NCBI GenBank assembly: GCA_964016885.1
Contig: OZ024756.1
Span: forward strand, 11,904,001-11,968,000
Source: Eledone cirrhosa
Taxonomy: Eukaryota
Direction: 5' to 3'
DNA: 64,000 nucleotides
Every line of letters starts with the position of its first letter. Positions within the stretch are counted from its first letter, which is position 1. Positions 13,556 to 28,550 of this stretch are shown piece by piece. A model generated the notes under the pieces. That model did not search any database, was not told the DNA's origin, and saw only the letters and a program-made list of their open reading frames with translations. The translations under genes were made by a program, and so were the position numbers.

Positions 13556-14261
13556 AAATTCATATTTTTTATATGTTTTGAATAAATATGACCTTAAAAA
13601 CGGTCAGAAATTGGTTAAAAATCATTATGTAATCGAGTTATAAAACAAAAAGCTGTACACTAAACAACATTTAAAACATTTTAAATATCAAAATATAAAA
13701 ACTTCATCATAAATATATTCTCCATTCTTGATAATTTCAAAACCTCACCAACATAATCGGGGTGTTGGTTTATATTCAAGTATATATCGTCATCATGCAT
13801 CCAATGCAATCCAATCCAGGATCTTCTCACTTCCGTTGAGGGAACCCCTCCCTGGTTGACCTCCAACCCAGGGCCTTCTTACACCTGTTGGAGAACCCCT
13901 CTCTGGTTGACCTCCACCATTTTCTCTTTGGTTTTGGTCATGTCTTCAGGGCTGTAGCCATACTCACCACACTTGGCCAATTGCAGGTTGGTGAGGCTAT
14001 TTAACCCATGGTTGGGGGTGGTTGGCCGTTGACTCTGAAGAGTTTCATCCACCATTTTAACAACTCCTGTTTTGTGTTGCTGGGGTTCTATTTACCTTCC
14101 TCACCATATCAGGATCTGGTGGGGGGAGCCAGTTTAGCCGCCAATCAATCGACTATGAAGCAGGTTGTACTGGGTTACATGGTACCTGTAGCAGGCAGAA
14201 GCCTACCTGGCCATAGTTTTATATATATATATACATATATATATATGTATACATACATATA

Positions 14262-14866
14262 TGGTGGCTGCCAACTCGTTTTCGAGTACGGCCACTACTT
14301 TATATCCATGTAGGAGAACCCCTACCGATGCGCTGAACGAGTGTGACTTTTTAGTCCAGCCAGCGACTTGAAAACTCTGGTACAAACACTACACTTGTGA
14401 CAATTTTTGACACATAGTGCTGGGCCCATGGTACCATGTGATGACAAGTGCAGAGAGATCTCCAGATATAAAGCAATGCCTGTGCCGTGAAGCTTTTATA
14501 GTGAACAAAGGCACTGCACAAAGCCAGTCCCACTCTCTTAACCAAGATGATATTTACCAAAAGGAAGAACAAGTCAATATCATTGGATACCATAAGGGTT
14601 GCAGGTGTTATATCAGAGTTTTCCTTCTCCTAGAATTCTGCCTTTACAAAGGCTAAGGGCTCATCTCTCCCGATGATTTTGGACGGCCATTGACTCTTAA
14701 GAGCTCCTTTGACAGGTTTTGTTTTTAGTCCTGCAGGATGTCCAAAGTCACCCTCCTCACCAAAAAACCTTGGTGGGGTTGCCAGTTTAGTCGCCAACGA
14801 CCCGACCATGGGACAGGTTGTACTGGAATACATGTTACCAGTAGCACCAACTGGTGACCTGACATA
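14262..14866 (+). mobile_element. ~600-bp dispersed repeat, copy 1 (unclassified, probably retroelement-derived)
   Basis: Highly similar reverse-complement copy at 36757-37340; the same end of both copies abuts a TA tract. Confidence 0.8.
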
Positions 14867-15454
14867 CATACATACATATCATCACCATTTAATGTCTCTT
14901 TCTGTGGATTTAATGAAGGTGTGTAGGTTATAAAGCTGGGCTCACAATTGTCAGGTTTTGAAGTTGATTCCCATCCTAGGTGGCACTGTGTCCTTCAGCA
15001 ACATATTTTATTCCGCAATGCCTCAATCCATCAGCTGTACCTGTAATTCAAAGGGGTCATCTGTACAACACTACACACATACACATCATCATCATCATGC
15101 TGAATTTCCCTTGTTCCCTTGTTCAAACAATTAGAACACTTGCTGTGTCCAACACACACATCATCATCATCATCATCATCATCATCATTGTTGTTGTTTT
15201 ACATCTATCTTGCATGGGTAAAGCGGGTTATCACATTTAGAGGTGAGACAGGACAGATGGTTGCGTCAGTGATATACCATTCTGGCATGGGTTTCTATGG
15301 TTGGATGCCCTAATAAATTCCAACCATTTCACAACATGGCACCAGCAAGGCCAAGTTGAAAAGCATCAATTTTTTAATGAAATTTTTTTCCCCCCACCTT
15401 ACTTTTTTTTTTAAATGGTTGAAACTTTTCTGAAATTTGCTGAGCAAATAAATG

Positions 15455-17408
15455 CGTAAATCTTAGCTGTTGTAAACATGTTCAAATCTTAGTTGTTGTA
15501 AACATGTAAATCTTAGTTGTAAACATGTGTAAATCTTAGTTGTAAACATGTGTAAATCTTAGTTGTTGTAAACATGTAAATCTTAGTTGTAAACATGTAA
15601 ATCTTAGTTGTAAACATGTAAATCTTAGTTGTAAACATGTAAATCTTAGTTGTAAACATGTAAATCTTAGCTGTTGAAAACATGTAAATCTTAGCTGTTG
15701 TAAACATGTAAATCTTAGTTGTTGTAAACATGTAAATCTTAGCTGTTGTAAACATGTAAATCTTAGCTGTTGTAAACATGTAAATCTTAGCTGTTGTAAA
15801 CATGTAAATCTTAGCTGTTGTAAACATGTAAATCTTAGCTGTTGTAAACATGTTCAAATCTTAGCTGTTGTAAACATGTAAATCTTAGCTGTTGTAAACA
15901 TGTAAACCTTAGTTGTAAACATGTAAATCTTAGCTGTTGTAAACATGTAAACCTTAGTTGTAAACATGTAAATCTTAGCTGTTGTAAACATGTAAACCTT
16001 AGTTGTAAACATGTAAATCTTAGCTGTTGTAAACATGTAAATCTTAGCTGTTGTAAACATGTAAATCTTAGTTGTTGTAAACATGTAAATCTTAGCTGTT
16101 GTAAACATGTAAATCTTAGCTGTTGTAAACATGTAAATCTTAGTTGTTGTAAACATGTAAATCTTAGTTGTTGTAAACATGTAAATCTTAGTTGTTGTAA
16201 ACATGTAAATCTTAGTTGTTGTAAACATGTAAATCTTAGTTGTTGTAAACATGTAAATCTTAGTTGTTGTAAACATGTAAATCTTAGTTGTTGTAAACAT
16301 GTAAATCTTAGTTGTTGTAAACATGTAAATCTTAGCTGTTGTAAACATGTAAATCTTAGCTGTTGTAAACATGTAAATCTTAGTTGTTGTAAACATGTAA
16401 ATCTTAGTTGTTGTAAACATGTAAATCTTAGTTGTTGTAAACATGTAAATCTTAGTTGTTGTAAACATGTAAATCTTAGCTGTTGTAAACATGTAAATCT
16501 TAGCTGTTGTAAACATGTAAATCTTAGTTGTTGTAAACATGTAAATCTTAGTTGTTGTAAACATGTGTAAATCTTAGCTGTTGTAAACATGTAAATCTTA
16601 GTTGTTGTAAACATGTGTAAATCTTAGCTGTTGTAAACATGTGTAAATCTTAGCTGTTGTAAACATGTAAATCTTAGTTGTAAACATGTGTAAATCTTAG
16701 CTGTTGTAAACATGTTCAAATCTTAGCTGTTGTAAACATGTAAATCTTAGCTGTTGTAAACATGTAAATCTTAGCTGTTGTAAACATGTGTAAATCTTTG
16801 CTGTTGTAAACATGTGTAAATCTTAGCTGTTGTAAACATGTAAATCTTAGTTGTAAACATGTAAATCTTAGTTGTTGTAAACATGTAAATCTTAGCTGTT
16901 GTAAACATGTAAATCTTAGTTGTAAACATGTGTAAATCTTAGCTGTTGTAAACATGTGTAAATCTTAGCTGTTGTAAACATGTAAATCTTAGTTGTAAAC
17001 ATGTGTAAATCTTAGCTGTTGTAAACATGTGTAAATCTTAGCTGTTGTAAACATGTAAATCTTAGTTGTAAACATGTGTAAATCTTAGCTGTTGTAAACA
17101 TGTGTAAATCTTAGCTGTTGTAAACATGTAAATCTTAGCTGTTGTAAACATGTAAATCTTAGTTGTTGTAAACATGTAAATCTTAGTTGTTGTAAACATG
17201 TAAATCTTAGCTGTTGTAAACATGTAAATCTTAGCTGTTGTAAACATGTAAATCTTAGCTGTTATAAACATGTAAATCTTAGCTGTTGTAAACATGTAAA
17301 TCTTAGCTGTTGTAAACATGTAAATCTTAGCTGTTGTAAACATGTAAATCTTAGCTGTTATAAACATGTAAATCTTAGCTGTTGTAAACATGTAAATCTT
17401 AGTTGTAA
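15455..17408. repeat. Satellite, 24-bp unit (GTAAATCTTAG[C/T]TGTTGTAAACAT) with 21/23/26-bp variants
   Basis: Direct inspection. Confidence 0.97.
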
Positions 17409-17664
17409 ATTTAAACATTATTTTACTGGAAATACAGGAAACCAGACAGCATTGATAACTTCAATAAATGTAAACAATATTTTTATATTTGTAAACATAC
17501 TTTTTGATATTCATTAATCCAGATTTCAGGAAATTGATGATAAAATAAAAATGGTGGGAACCAGGTGTAGGGTGTGGCAGGGGTACCGGAGGAGGAATAC
17601 ATTTAGTAAATGTGTGAAAATAAGTTAGCGGGGGTGGGTTTACTACTACTACTAATAATAATAA

Positions 17665-17862
17665 TCTTATATAGGCACAAGGCCAGCAATTTGGGGGAGG
17701 GGAAAGTCAATTAAATCAACCCCAGTGCATGACTGGTACTTTATTTTATCGACCCCGTAAGGATGAAAGGCAAAGTTAACCACGGCGGGATTTGAACTCA
17801 GATTGTAAAGGGACGTAACTACGCTGGAAAGCATGTCCGACCCTTCTACCAATACTGCCAAT
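17665..17862 (-). mobile_element. SINE family B (Nin/Deu-domain-like)
   Basis: Reverse complement of GAGTTCAAATCCCGCC...TTGCCTTTCATCCTTACGGGGTCGATAAAATAAAGTACCAG; other copies ~9500, ~34050, 38220-38545, 47060-47440, ~59590. Confidence 0.8.
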
Positions 17863-17884
17863 CCTCAATAATAATGGTTTCAAT

Positions 17885-20780
17885 AAAAATCGAGTAAAAA
17901 ATCAGAAAACAATGACAATTAATAAGAAAAATACAACAATGAAAATTCTCCAATAGGGGGGATGACCACCCACAGTTGACTCAGGTACCCCACCAAATCT
18001 GAACCACCCGACGCTTCGAGAGCACCCAGGAAGGGCACCCCTCTCCTCCTCAAATTCACCAGCCTACAGGCGCATGATCAGAGTAGGCCCACTCACACGG
18101 GCCATTCTCGCCACATTCACCCACCTTTCAGCAAATGTACTGGGGGGACAGCACTTCTCTCTCCACCCTCACCTTCCTTCCCAAGAGAAATTTGAAAAAG
18201 TTGAAGAGGGATTGGCCGAAGTGAAAAGTGTCTGTCTTCAGTCCTTTCAGCCTGGTCCACCATACAACCTCTTTCGCTACTGCCACCAGACAAATTGCCT
18301 GCCCTTCCTGGCCAAAAGAAGGCGGCAGGTCGATCTTCACTATGGACTTGACCAATAGCCGGATCCGTTCTACACACAACAGCTGTTCGACATAACTCTG
18401 TAAGTCAGTAATGCACGGACACTGGACGATTGGGTGCAGAACGGTTTCATCACTCTGTGTGCATTTCAGGCAGGTCCGTCTGACAGCACTTCCGTACCTG
18501 TAGAGTTTATCTCAAACCGGCAGTGTGTTCCGGTAGCACTGCCAGGCGAGGGATTTCTGGCAGTTATCCATTGTCCTTGGCTCGAAAGTCCTCCGAAACA
18601 GACTGGTCAGTTCGACTTGGTCGACGTCCAGAGCTTCTCTGGGTGCATCGTTGCACTTTCCCACCACTAATCCTCTATAGAACGCAAGAGTGGAAGTTCC
18701 ACTGATTGCATTGCCTGGCAACATTCCAGATGCCAGTCACCAAGTCTTGGTCTCTTCGTGACACAGGACTGCAGCTCAGTGAAAGAGACAAGCTGCAGAA
18801 AGGCCTGTCTGACAAGCGGCAACCATAACTGTTCACCGTTTAGGCAGAATATCTGGAGCTGCCACAGCCTCAGCGCATTATTAGCCACGGCATGCCTGGC
18901 CCTCCGTGTAGAGGGTGCTGGCAGCAGATGGACCGCCTCACCAATAGAACCTGTCCCCTCCACAAGAATTTGACTAGGAGCCATTGCAACTTGACAAGAC
19001 ACAACGGTCAGGCGGAAGTAGATAACGGATGTGATGTACGCAATCGCCACCCCTACCTGACCCTTTCAGAGACAGCTTCCTCGCAGCCCATTTCTGGGTG
19101 AAACTGGCTGCCTTGCTAGTCACCTTGTCCCAATTCTTATCCACTTGGAGGTCTGGTCGGAACCAAACCCCAAGAAAACTTTATCAGTCCATCTGTCCAG
19201 TCCCAACAACGCTGTTGGATGGCATGCCCACTGACTCTTCTGGGTTAAGTTTCGCTCCTGTCAACTTTTCATATTCCTCCAATAAGGTGCCGACCACCTC
19301 GATTTCTGAGGTGGCCATTAACTTTGACCAATGGTGATGTTGTCCACATAGGTGACACAGCCTTTCTGCGTCTCGATTCAAGCGGGATGCCCTGCAACAG
19401 CTCCAGTTTCTGCAGTAAAGGCTCGAGGGTCAAAACGTACAGGGAAGAGAGAGGGCACTCTTGACGGACTGATCGGGAGACCTGAAACGGTTCCGAGAGG
19501 TGGCTATTAACTTTGACCACAGAGCAGATGCCGCTGTGCATTGCAGCGATCCAGCTTCTGAAGACGGGGCCAAAGCCAGCTGCCGTGAGGACAGCCTCCA
19601 GGTACCGATGGTCGACCCTATCGAATGCTTTCGATTGATCTAATTTGATCAAAGCCCCACCGAAGCCAGGTTTATGCCCTACCGTCTCTATGATGTATTG
19701 TTGTGTATGGACCTCGTCGGGATTGTGCAAGTTTCCACCTCTTGAAATTCGTCTTCAACCCTTTAAAAAATGTGTCCACCACAAGTCTGAAAGCATGATC
19801 TTCTCTGTTGGTCACATCCGCCACCACTAACTTACCTTATGGGTCCAGGGAGATGGTCCGTAGTGCTGGTGACATTGATGTAGGTGTTGGTAATAGTTGC
19901 CTCAAGGCTTTCGCATCCCCACCCCCACCCATTTTTAGAGGGCAAAGTCAGAGAGTTTTTTTTTTTTCTCTTTTTGTTTTGTGGACAGCATTTTACCACT
20001 CCTCACCTTCGTCGCCATTTGTATTTTGTATCCAATTGCATGATGTCAAGTTGGGGCATGTTTTCCACATGAGTTGGTATTGATGTTGATGATGGGGTTG
20101 CTTTTTCAGTCTCAGCCATGTTTGTTGCTGCTGTTCCTGCCTCTTTTTCTTGATGTCTTTGTAGATGTTTCTGCTTTTGTTGGTGCAAATTGGTTGTTAG
20201 TAGTAGTGCGGGTTTTTTGTTCCTTTGTTCTCTGTTTGAAGGGGTGTTTGCATCACAGATATAACATTGGGGCCTCCTCTCTTCCATAGCTACAAACAGC
20301 TGTGTACCATTCGGCAGTTCAATGATATCAGGAGTTCTTTCCTGATTTATTTGGAGCAAAAGCTCCATTTCAAATCCGATCCAGCTCTCCTGACATAATT
20401 GGTGAATTTGGAAGATGTTTTTGCTATCCTCTTTATCCTCCAGGATGGCCTCTACTAACCAGGAGATCTTTATCTCAGGCAGTACATTTTTTTTACCTTC
20501 ATTAAGTATTTCCCCATGTAAGTTGGGATTAGCAAAAAACTCTTGCTGTTTAAAGCGTTGATCGAGTGAGTCTTAACTTTGATTTCCAATGAGAATCCCA
20601 CTTCTATTGTCCACACCTCCTTTAAGACTTATTGAGCTTCCAGAATAGAGGGTCGCTCCGAGCGTTTATTGTACATTTCTAAACATTCAAAATAAAGGAA
20701 GATTTTTTAAATAGCAGCTGTATTAATGTATTGATTATTTTATCTACTTGTAGCTCTCTTTTTTTCTTCTTTGGAAAAAC
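17885..20780 (-). mobile_element. Degraded L1/Tx1-like LINE (RT motifs plus ORF1 remnant)
   Basis: LDQSKAFDRVDH, VRQECPLS and YVLTLEPLL in the 19269-19730 ORF; ORF1-like RRPQCYIC at 20003-20368; multiple frameshifts. Confidence 0.8.
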
Positions 20781-20804
20781 CATTCTTAAATCTATATCTG
20801 TGTG

Positions 20805-23800
20805 TGTATATTTCAGTATAGTTCATTTCACTTTACACCTGTAAATTTACTACAGTATATACAGTTTAGTTCATTTCACTTTACACCTGTAAATTTACTA
20901 CAGTATATTTCAGTATAGTTCATTTCACTTTACACCTGTAAATTTACTACAGTATATTTCATTATAGTTCATTTCACTTTACACCTGTAAATTTACTACA
21001 GTATATTTCAGTATAGTTCATTTCACTTTACACCTGTAAATTTACTACAGTATATACAGTAAAGTTCATTTCACTTTACACCTGTAAATTTACTACAGTA
21101 TATACAGTTTAGTTCATTTCACTTTACACCTGTAAATTTACTACAGTATATTTCAGTATAGTTCATTTCACTTTACACCTGTAAATTTACTACAGTATAT
21201 ACAGTAAAGTTCATTTCACTTTACACCTGTAAATTTACTACAGTATATACAGTTTAGTTCATTTCACTTTACACCTGTAAATTTACTACAGTATATACAG
21301 TAAAGTTCATTTCATTTTATACCTGTAAATTTACTACAGTATATACAGTTTAGTTCATTTCACTTTACACCTGTAAATTTACTACAGTATATACAGTAAA
21401 GTTCATTTCACTTTACAGTAAAGTTCATTTCACTTTACACCTGTAAATTTACTACAGTATATACAGTAAAGTTCATTTCACTTTACACCTGTAAATTTAC
21501 TACAGTATATTTCAGTATAGTTCATTTCACTTTACACCTGTAAATCTACTACAGTATATTTCAGTATAGTTCATTTCACTTTACACCTGTAAATTTAGTA
21601 CAGTATATTTCAGTAAAGTTCATTTCACTTTACACCTGTAAATTTACTACAGTATATTTCAGTATAGTTCATTTCACTTTACACCTGTAAATTTACTACA
21701 GTATATTTCATTATAGTTCATTTCATTTTACACCATTTCACTTTACACCTGTAAATCTACTACAGTATATTTCAGTATAGTTCATTTCACTTTACACCTG
21801 TAAATCTACTACAGTATATTTCAGTATAGTTCATTTCACTTTACACCTGTAAATTTAGTACAGTATATTTCAGTAAAGTTCATTTCACTTTACACCTGTA
21901 AATTTACTACAGTATATTTCAGTATAGTTCATTTCACTTTACACCTGTAAATTTAGTACAGTATATTACAGTTTAGTTCATTTCACTTTACACCTGTAAA
22001 TTTACTACAGTATATTTCAGTATAGTTCATTTCACTTTACACCTGTAAATTTAGTACAGTATATTTCAGTAAAGTTCATTTCACTTTACACCTGTAAATT
22101 TACTACAGTATATACAGTAAAGTTCATTTCACGTTACACCTGTAAATTTAGTACAGTATATTTCAGTAAAGTTCATTTCACTTTACACCTGTAAATTTAC
22201 TACAGTATATACAGTTTAGTTCATTTCACTTTACACCTGTAAATTTACTACAGTATATTTCAGTATAGTTCATTTCATTTTACACCTGTAAATTTACTAC
22301 AGTATAGTTCATTTAACTTTACACCTGTAAATTTACTACAGTATATACAGTATAGTTCATTTAACTTTACACCTGTAAATTTAGTACAGTATATACAGTA
22401 AAGTTCATTTCACTTTACACCTGTAAATCTACTACAGTATATTACAGTTTAGTTCATTTCACTTTACACCTGTAAATCTACTACAGTATATAACAGTATA
22501 GTTCATTTAACTTTACACCTGTAAATTTAGTACAGTATATACAGTAAAGTTCATTTCACTTTACACCTGTAAATCTACTACAGTATATTACAGTTTAGTT
22601 CATTTCACTTTACACCTGTAAATCTACTACAGTATATTACAGTTTAGTTCATTTCACTTTACACCTGTAAATTTACTACAGTATATACAGTAAAGTTCAT
22701 TTCACTTTACACCTGTAAATTTACTACAGTATATACAGTAAAGTTCATTCACTTTACACCTGTAAATTTACTACAGTATATACAGTATAGTTCATTTCAC
22801 TTTACACCTGTAAATCTACTACAGTATATTACAGTTTAGTTCATTTCACTTTACACCTGTAAATTTACTACAGTATATTTCAGTTTAGTTCATTTCACTT
22901 TACACCTGTAAATTTACTACAATATATACAGTAAAGTTCATTTCACTTTACACCTGTAAATTTACTACAGTATATACAGTTTAGTTCATTTCACTTTACA
23001 CCTGTAAATTTACTACAGTATATACAGTAAAGTTCATTTCACTTTACACCTGTAAATTTACTACAATATATACAGTAAAGTTCATTTCACTTTACACCTG
23101 TAAATTTACTACAGTATATACAGTTTAGTTCATTTCACTTTACACCTGTAAATTTACTACAGTATATACAGTAAAGTTCATTTCACTTTACACCTGTAGA
23201 TTTACTACAATATATACAGTATAGTTCATTTCACTCTACACCTGTAAATCTACTACAATATATTTCAGTAAAGTTCATTTCACTTTATACCTGTAAATTT
23301 ACTACAGTATATTTCAGTAAAGTTCATTTCACTTTACACCTGTAAATTTACTACAGTATATACAGTTTAGTTCATTTCACTTTACACCTGTAAATTTACT
23401 ACAGTATATACAGTAAAGTTCATTTCATTTTATACCTGTAAATTTACTACAGTATATACAGTTTAGTTCATTTCACTTTACACCTGTAAATTTACTACAG
23501 TATATACAGTAAAGGTCATTTCACTTTACACCTGTAAATTTACTACAGTATATACAGTTTAGTTCATTCCACTTTAGACCTGTAAATTTACTACAGTATA
23601 TACAGTAAAGTTCATTTCACTTTACACCTGTAAATTTACTACAGTATATTTCAGTATAGTTCATTTCACTTTACACCTGTAATTCTACTACAGTATATAC
23701 AGTAAAGTTCATTTCACTTTACACCTGTAAATTTACTACAGTATATACAGTTTAGTTCATTTCACTTTACACCTGTAAATTTACTACAGTATATTTCAGT

Positions 23801-25094
23801 ATAGTTCATTTCACTTTACACCTGTAAATTTACTACAGTATATTTCATTATAGTTCATTTCATTTTACACCATTTCACTTTACACCTGTAAATCTACTAC
23901 AGTATATTTCAGTATAGTTCATTTCACTTTACACCTGTAAATCTACCACAGTATATTTCAGTATAGTTCATTTCACTTTACACCTGTAAATTTAGTACAG
24001 TATATTTCAGTAAAGTTCATTTCACTTTACACCTGTAAATTTAGTACAGTATATTTCAGTAAAGTTCATTTCACTTTACACCTGTAAATTTACTACAGTA
24101 TATACAGTTTAGTTCATTTCACTTTACACCTGTAAATTTACTACAGTATATTTCAGTATAGTTCATTTCACTTTACACCTGTAAATTTACTACAGTATAT
24201 ACAGTATAGTTCATTTAACTTTACACCTGTAGATTTACTACAGTATATACAGTTTAGTTCATTTCACTTTACACCTGTAAATTTACTACAGTATATTTCA
24301 GTATAGTTCATTTCACTTTACACCTGTAAATTTACTACAGTATATTTCATTATAGTTCATTTCATTTTACACCATTTCACTTTACACCTGTAAATCTACT
24401 ACGGTATATTTCAGTATAGTTTATTTCACTTTACACCTGTAAATCTACCACAGTATATTTCAGTAAAGTTCATTTCACTTTACACCTGTAAATTTACTAC
24501 AATATATTTCAGTATAGTTCATTTCACTTTACACCTGTAAATTTACTACAGTATATACTGTATAGTTCATTTAACTTTACACCTGTAAATTTACTACAGT
24601 ATATACAGTATAGTTCATTTAACTTTACACCTGTAAATTTAGTACAGTATATACAGTAAAGTTCATTTCACTTTACACCTGTAAATCTACTACAGTATAT
24701 TACAGTTTAGTTCATTTCACTTTACACCTGTAAATCTACTACAGTATATTACAGTTTAGTTCATTTCACTTTACACCTGTAAATCTACTACAGTATATAC
24801 AGTAAAGTTCATTTCACTTTACACCTGTAAATTTACTACAGTATATACAGTAAAGTTCATTTCACTTTACACCTGTAAATTTACTACAGTATATTTCAGT
24901 TTAGTTCATTTCACTTTACACCTGTAAATCTACTACAGTATATACAGTATAGTTCATTTCACTTTACACCTGTAAATTTACTACAGTATATTTCAGTTTA
25001 GTTCATTTAACTTTACACCTGTAAATCTACTACAGTATATACAGTATAGTTCATTTCACTTTACACCTGTAAATCTACTACAGTATATTTCAGT
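20805..25094. repeat. 48/49-bp satellite, about 88 copies
   Basis: Unit CAGTATAGTTCATTTCACTTTACACCTGTAAATTTACTACAGTATATTT with variants. Confidence 0.97.
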
Positions 25095-25372
25095 GTGCAC
25101 TAATGGCTGATTGAATATGCAAGTGTTTGTTTCTCAAAAAGAATGTTCCATTCCTTCCTCCTCTCTCTACCTCCTCATTCTATCTTCTGATGAAGGACTA
25201 GTGTTCGAAACATGGAGACACATTTCCTACTCTATCAAGCATTAAACTAATATATTTCTTCATTGTACTGTGTTGTTTGCCTTATTTCTGTTTACTTTTT
25301 ACACACACACACACACCCACACACATATATATATATTGTTATACTTTGTGTGTGTGTGTGTGTGTGCGTGCG

Positions 25373-25408
<36 letters not shown>

Positions 25409-25881
25409 TCTATATATCTAAAACAGAGAATGTCTGTCTGTCTCACTCCTTAAAACTCGAGAACCACCCAACTGATTGTTTTCAAACTTTACACATGTAA
25501 TACTTATGGTCCTGTGAGTGTTTTGAGCAAAAAATATTTCGAATTTTCAATATCCCTGGGAACTGCATTAGGCAATTTAGCAATCTCTCTCTATAATTCT
25601 CGGTCTTTCTTTTTAGATAGATACATAGCTACAACGTCACACCATTATAATATCTGTCTGTATGTCTGGCTGTCTGCATCACGACATTAGGATATTATAT
25701 GTATGTGTGTGTGTGTGTGTTTGTATATGTATATATAGTGTGTGTGTATATATATATAGTGTGTAACATTTTTCGAAATATTTACTTCTGCGTTCACAGA
25801 TTTATTTTTTTAGTTTCAGAAGATCCCGCTAAGGGTGAAAGCAGCGATTCTTTGCTTAAACTTTAATCTGTTATTTTAATA

Positions 25882-26216
25882 TCATCATCATCATTTTACG
25901 CCTGCTTTTCCGTGCTTGCAAGGGTGGGACAGGAACTGATTCTGGCTTGATTTCTACAACTGGATGCCCTTCCTAACACGAACCTCATTTACAGTGAGTG
26001 CTGGGTGCCTTTTTTCCGTGGCGTCTACACGTCCACTTTACAGTGGAATGATATGGACCCCAGTCCCTATCATCTCATTTCTACAGCTGAGTAAACTGGA
26101 GCAATGTGAAATAAAGTGTCTTGCTCAAGGAAACAACACATCACCTGGTCTGAGAATTGAACTCACAACCTTTCGGTTGCAAACCCAATGCTCTAACCAC
26201 TAAGCCATGTACCTGC

Positions 26217-26217
<1 letters not shown>
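25882..26217 (-). mobile_element. SINE family A copy
   Basis: Reverse complement of the 11387-11721 element. Confidence 0.9.
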
Positions 26218-26305
<88 letters not shown>

Positions 26306-26313
<8 letters not shown>

Positions 26314-28550
26314 TTGGAATAAATGCTCTGAAATAGCGATATATATGTGAATATAGACATAGAATATTCGAAAATATTCTGTATGTTTATAATAAACATT
26401 TTGAAGACCTAATCGCTATAGAATAGAATACGTCACGTATTACAATTAGATTCTCGATAAAAGCAAGGGAAGTAATCTACGCGTTTCATTCTCGTTAGAA
26501 ATCATCAGGACTACATATCCGGTGCTTTTATCGAGAATGACACAGCTAGAGACTTATAGAATACTTAGCTGTGTACAGGAACTGGTTTGAAAGAGCGGTT
26601 GCCGGTCCGGCAGAAATTAGAAATTGGAATAAATGCTCTGAAATAGCGATATATATGTGAATATAGACATAGAATATTCGAAAATATTCTGTATGTTTAT
26701 AATAAACATTTTGAAGACCTAATCGCTATAGAATAGAATACGTCACGTATTACAATTAGATTCTCGATAAAAGCAAGGGAAGTAATCTACGCGTTTCATT
26801 CTCGTTAGAAATCATCAGGACTACATATCCGGTGCTTTTATCGAGAATGACACAGCTAGAGACTTATAGAATACTTAGCTGTGTACAGGAACTGGTTTGA
26901 AAGAGCGGTTGCCGGTCCGGCAGAAATTAGAAATTGGAATAAATGCTCTGAAATAGCGATATATATGTGAATATAGACATAGAATATTCGAAAATATTCT
27001 GTATGTTTATAATAAACATTTTGAAGACCTAATCGCTATAGAATAGAATACGTCACGTATTACAATTAGATTCTCGATAAAAGCAAGGGAAGTAATCTAC
27101 GCGTTTCATTCTCGTTAGAAATCATCAGGACTACATATCCGGTGCTTTTATCGAGAATGACACAGCTAGAGACTTATAGAATACTTAGCTGTGTACAGGA
27201 ACTGGTTTGAAAGAGCGGTTGCCGGTCCGGCAGAAATTAGAAATTGGAATAAATGCTCTGAAATAGCGATATATATGTGAATATAGACATAGAATATTCG
27301 AAAATATTCTGTATGTTTATAATAAACATTTTGAAGACCTAATCGCTATAGAATAGAATACGTCACGTATTACAATTAGATTCTCGATAAAAGCAAGGGA
27401 AGTAATCTACGCGTTTCATTCTCGTTAGAAATCATCAGGACTACATATCCGGTGCTTTTATCGAGAATGACACAGCTAGAGACTTATAGAATACTTAGCT
27501 GTGTACAGGAACTGGTTTGAAAGAGCGGTTGCCGGTTCGGCAGAAATTAGAAATTGGAATAAATGCTCTGAAATAGCGATATATATGTGAATATAGACAT
27601 AGAATATTCGAAAATATTCTGTATGTTTATAATAAACATTTTGAAGACCTAATCGCTATAGAATAGAATACGTCACGTATTACAATTAGATTCTCGATAA
27701 AAGCAAGGGAAGTAATCTACGCGTTTCATTCTCGTTAGAAATCATCAGGACTACATATCCGGTGCTTTTATCGAGAATGACACAGCTAGAGACTTATAGA
27801 ATACTTAGCTGTGTACAGGAACTGGTTTGAAAGAGCGGTTGCCGGTCCGGCAGAAATTAGAAATTGGAATAAATGCTCTGAAATAGCGATATATATGTGA
27901 ATATAGACATAGAATATTCGAAAATATTCTGTATGTTTATAATAAACATTTTGAAGACCTAATCGCTATAGAATAGAATACGTCACGTATTACAATTAGA
28001 TTCTCGATAAAAGCAAGGGAAGTAATCTACGCGTTTCATTCTCGTTAGAAATCATCAGGACTACATATCCGGTGCTTTTATCGAGAATGACACAGCTAGA
28101 GACTTATAGAATACTTAGCTGTGTACAGGAACTGGTTTGAAAGAGCGGTTGCCGGTCCGGCAGAAATTAGAAATTGGAATAAATGCTCTGAAATAGCGAT
28201 ATATATGTGAATATAGACATAGAATATTCGAAAATATTCTGTATGTTTATAATAAACATTTTGAAGACCTAATCGCTATAGAATAGAATACGTCACGTAT
28301 TACAATTAGATTCTCGATAAAAGCAAGGGAAGTAATCTACGCGTTTCATTCTCGTTAGAAATCATCAGGACTACATATCCGGTGCTTTTATCGAGAATGA
28401 CACAGCTAGAGACTTATAGAATACTTAGCTGTGTACAGGAACTGGTTTGAAAGAGCGGTTGCCGGTCCGGCAGAAATTAGAAATTGGAATAAATGCTCTG
28501 AAATAGCGATATATATGTGAATATAAACATAGAATATTCGAAAATATTCT
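26306..28550 (-). repeat. 310-bp retrozyme-like tandem array, 7.2 units (hammerhead on minus strand)
   Basis: Exact 310-bp period; HHR at 26472-26514 and every +310 up to 28332-28374. Confidence 0.9.
26472..26514 (-). ncRNA. Type I hammerhead ribozyme (first of 7 minus-strand copies)
   Basis: GTAGTC-CTGATGA-tTTCTaacgAGAAt-GAAAC-gc-GTA-GATTAC; stem I 6 bp; palindromic stem III ACGCGT; GUA cleavage triplet. Confidence 0.8.

Noticed and set aside
20805-25094. CRISPR-like appearance of regular short repeats (also 1-2025 and 13337-13555)
   Set aside because: No unique spacers, no cas genes, eukaryotic context.
25184-25220. CTGATGA...GAAAC hammerhead-like motif
   Set aside because: No NUH triplet or stem I pairing after GAAAC; at best a decayed PLE remnant.
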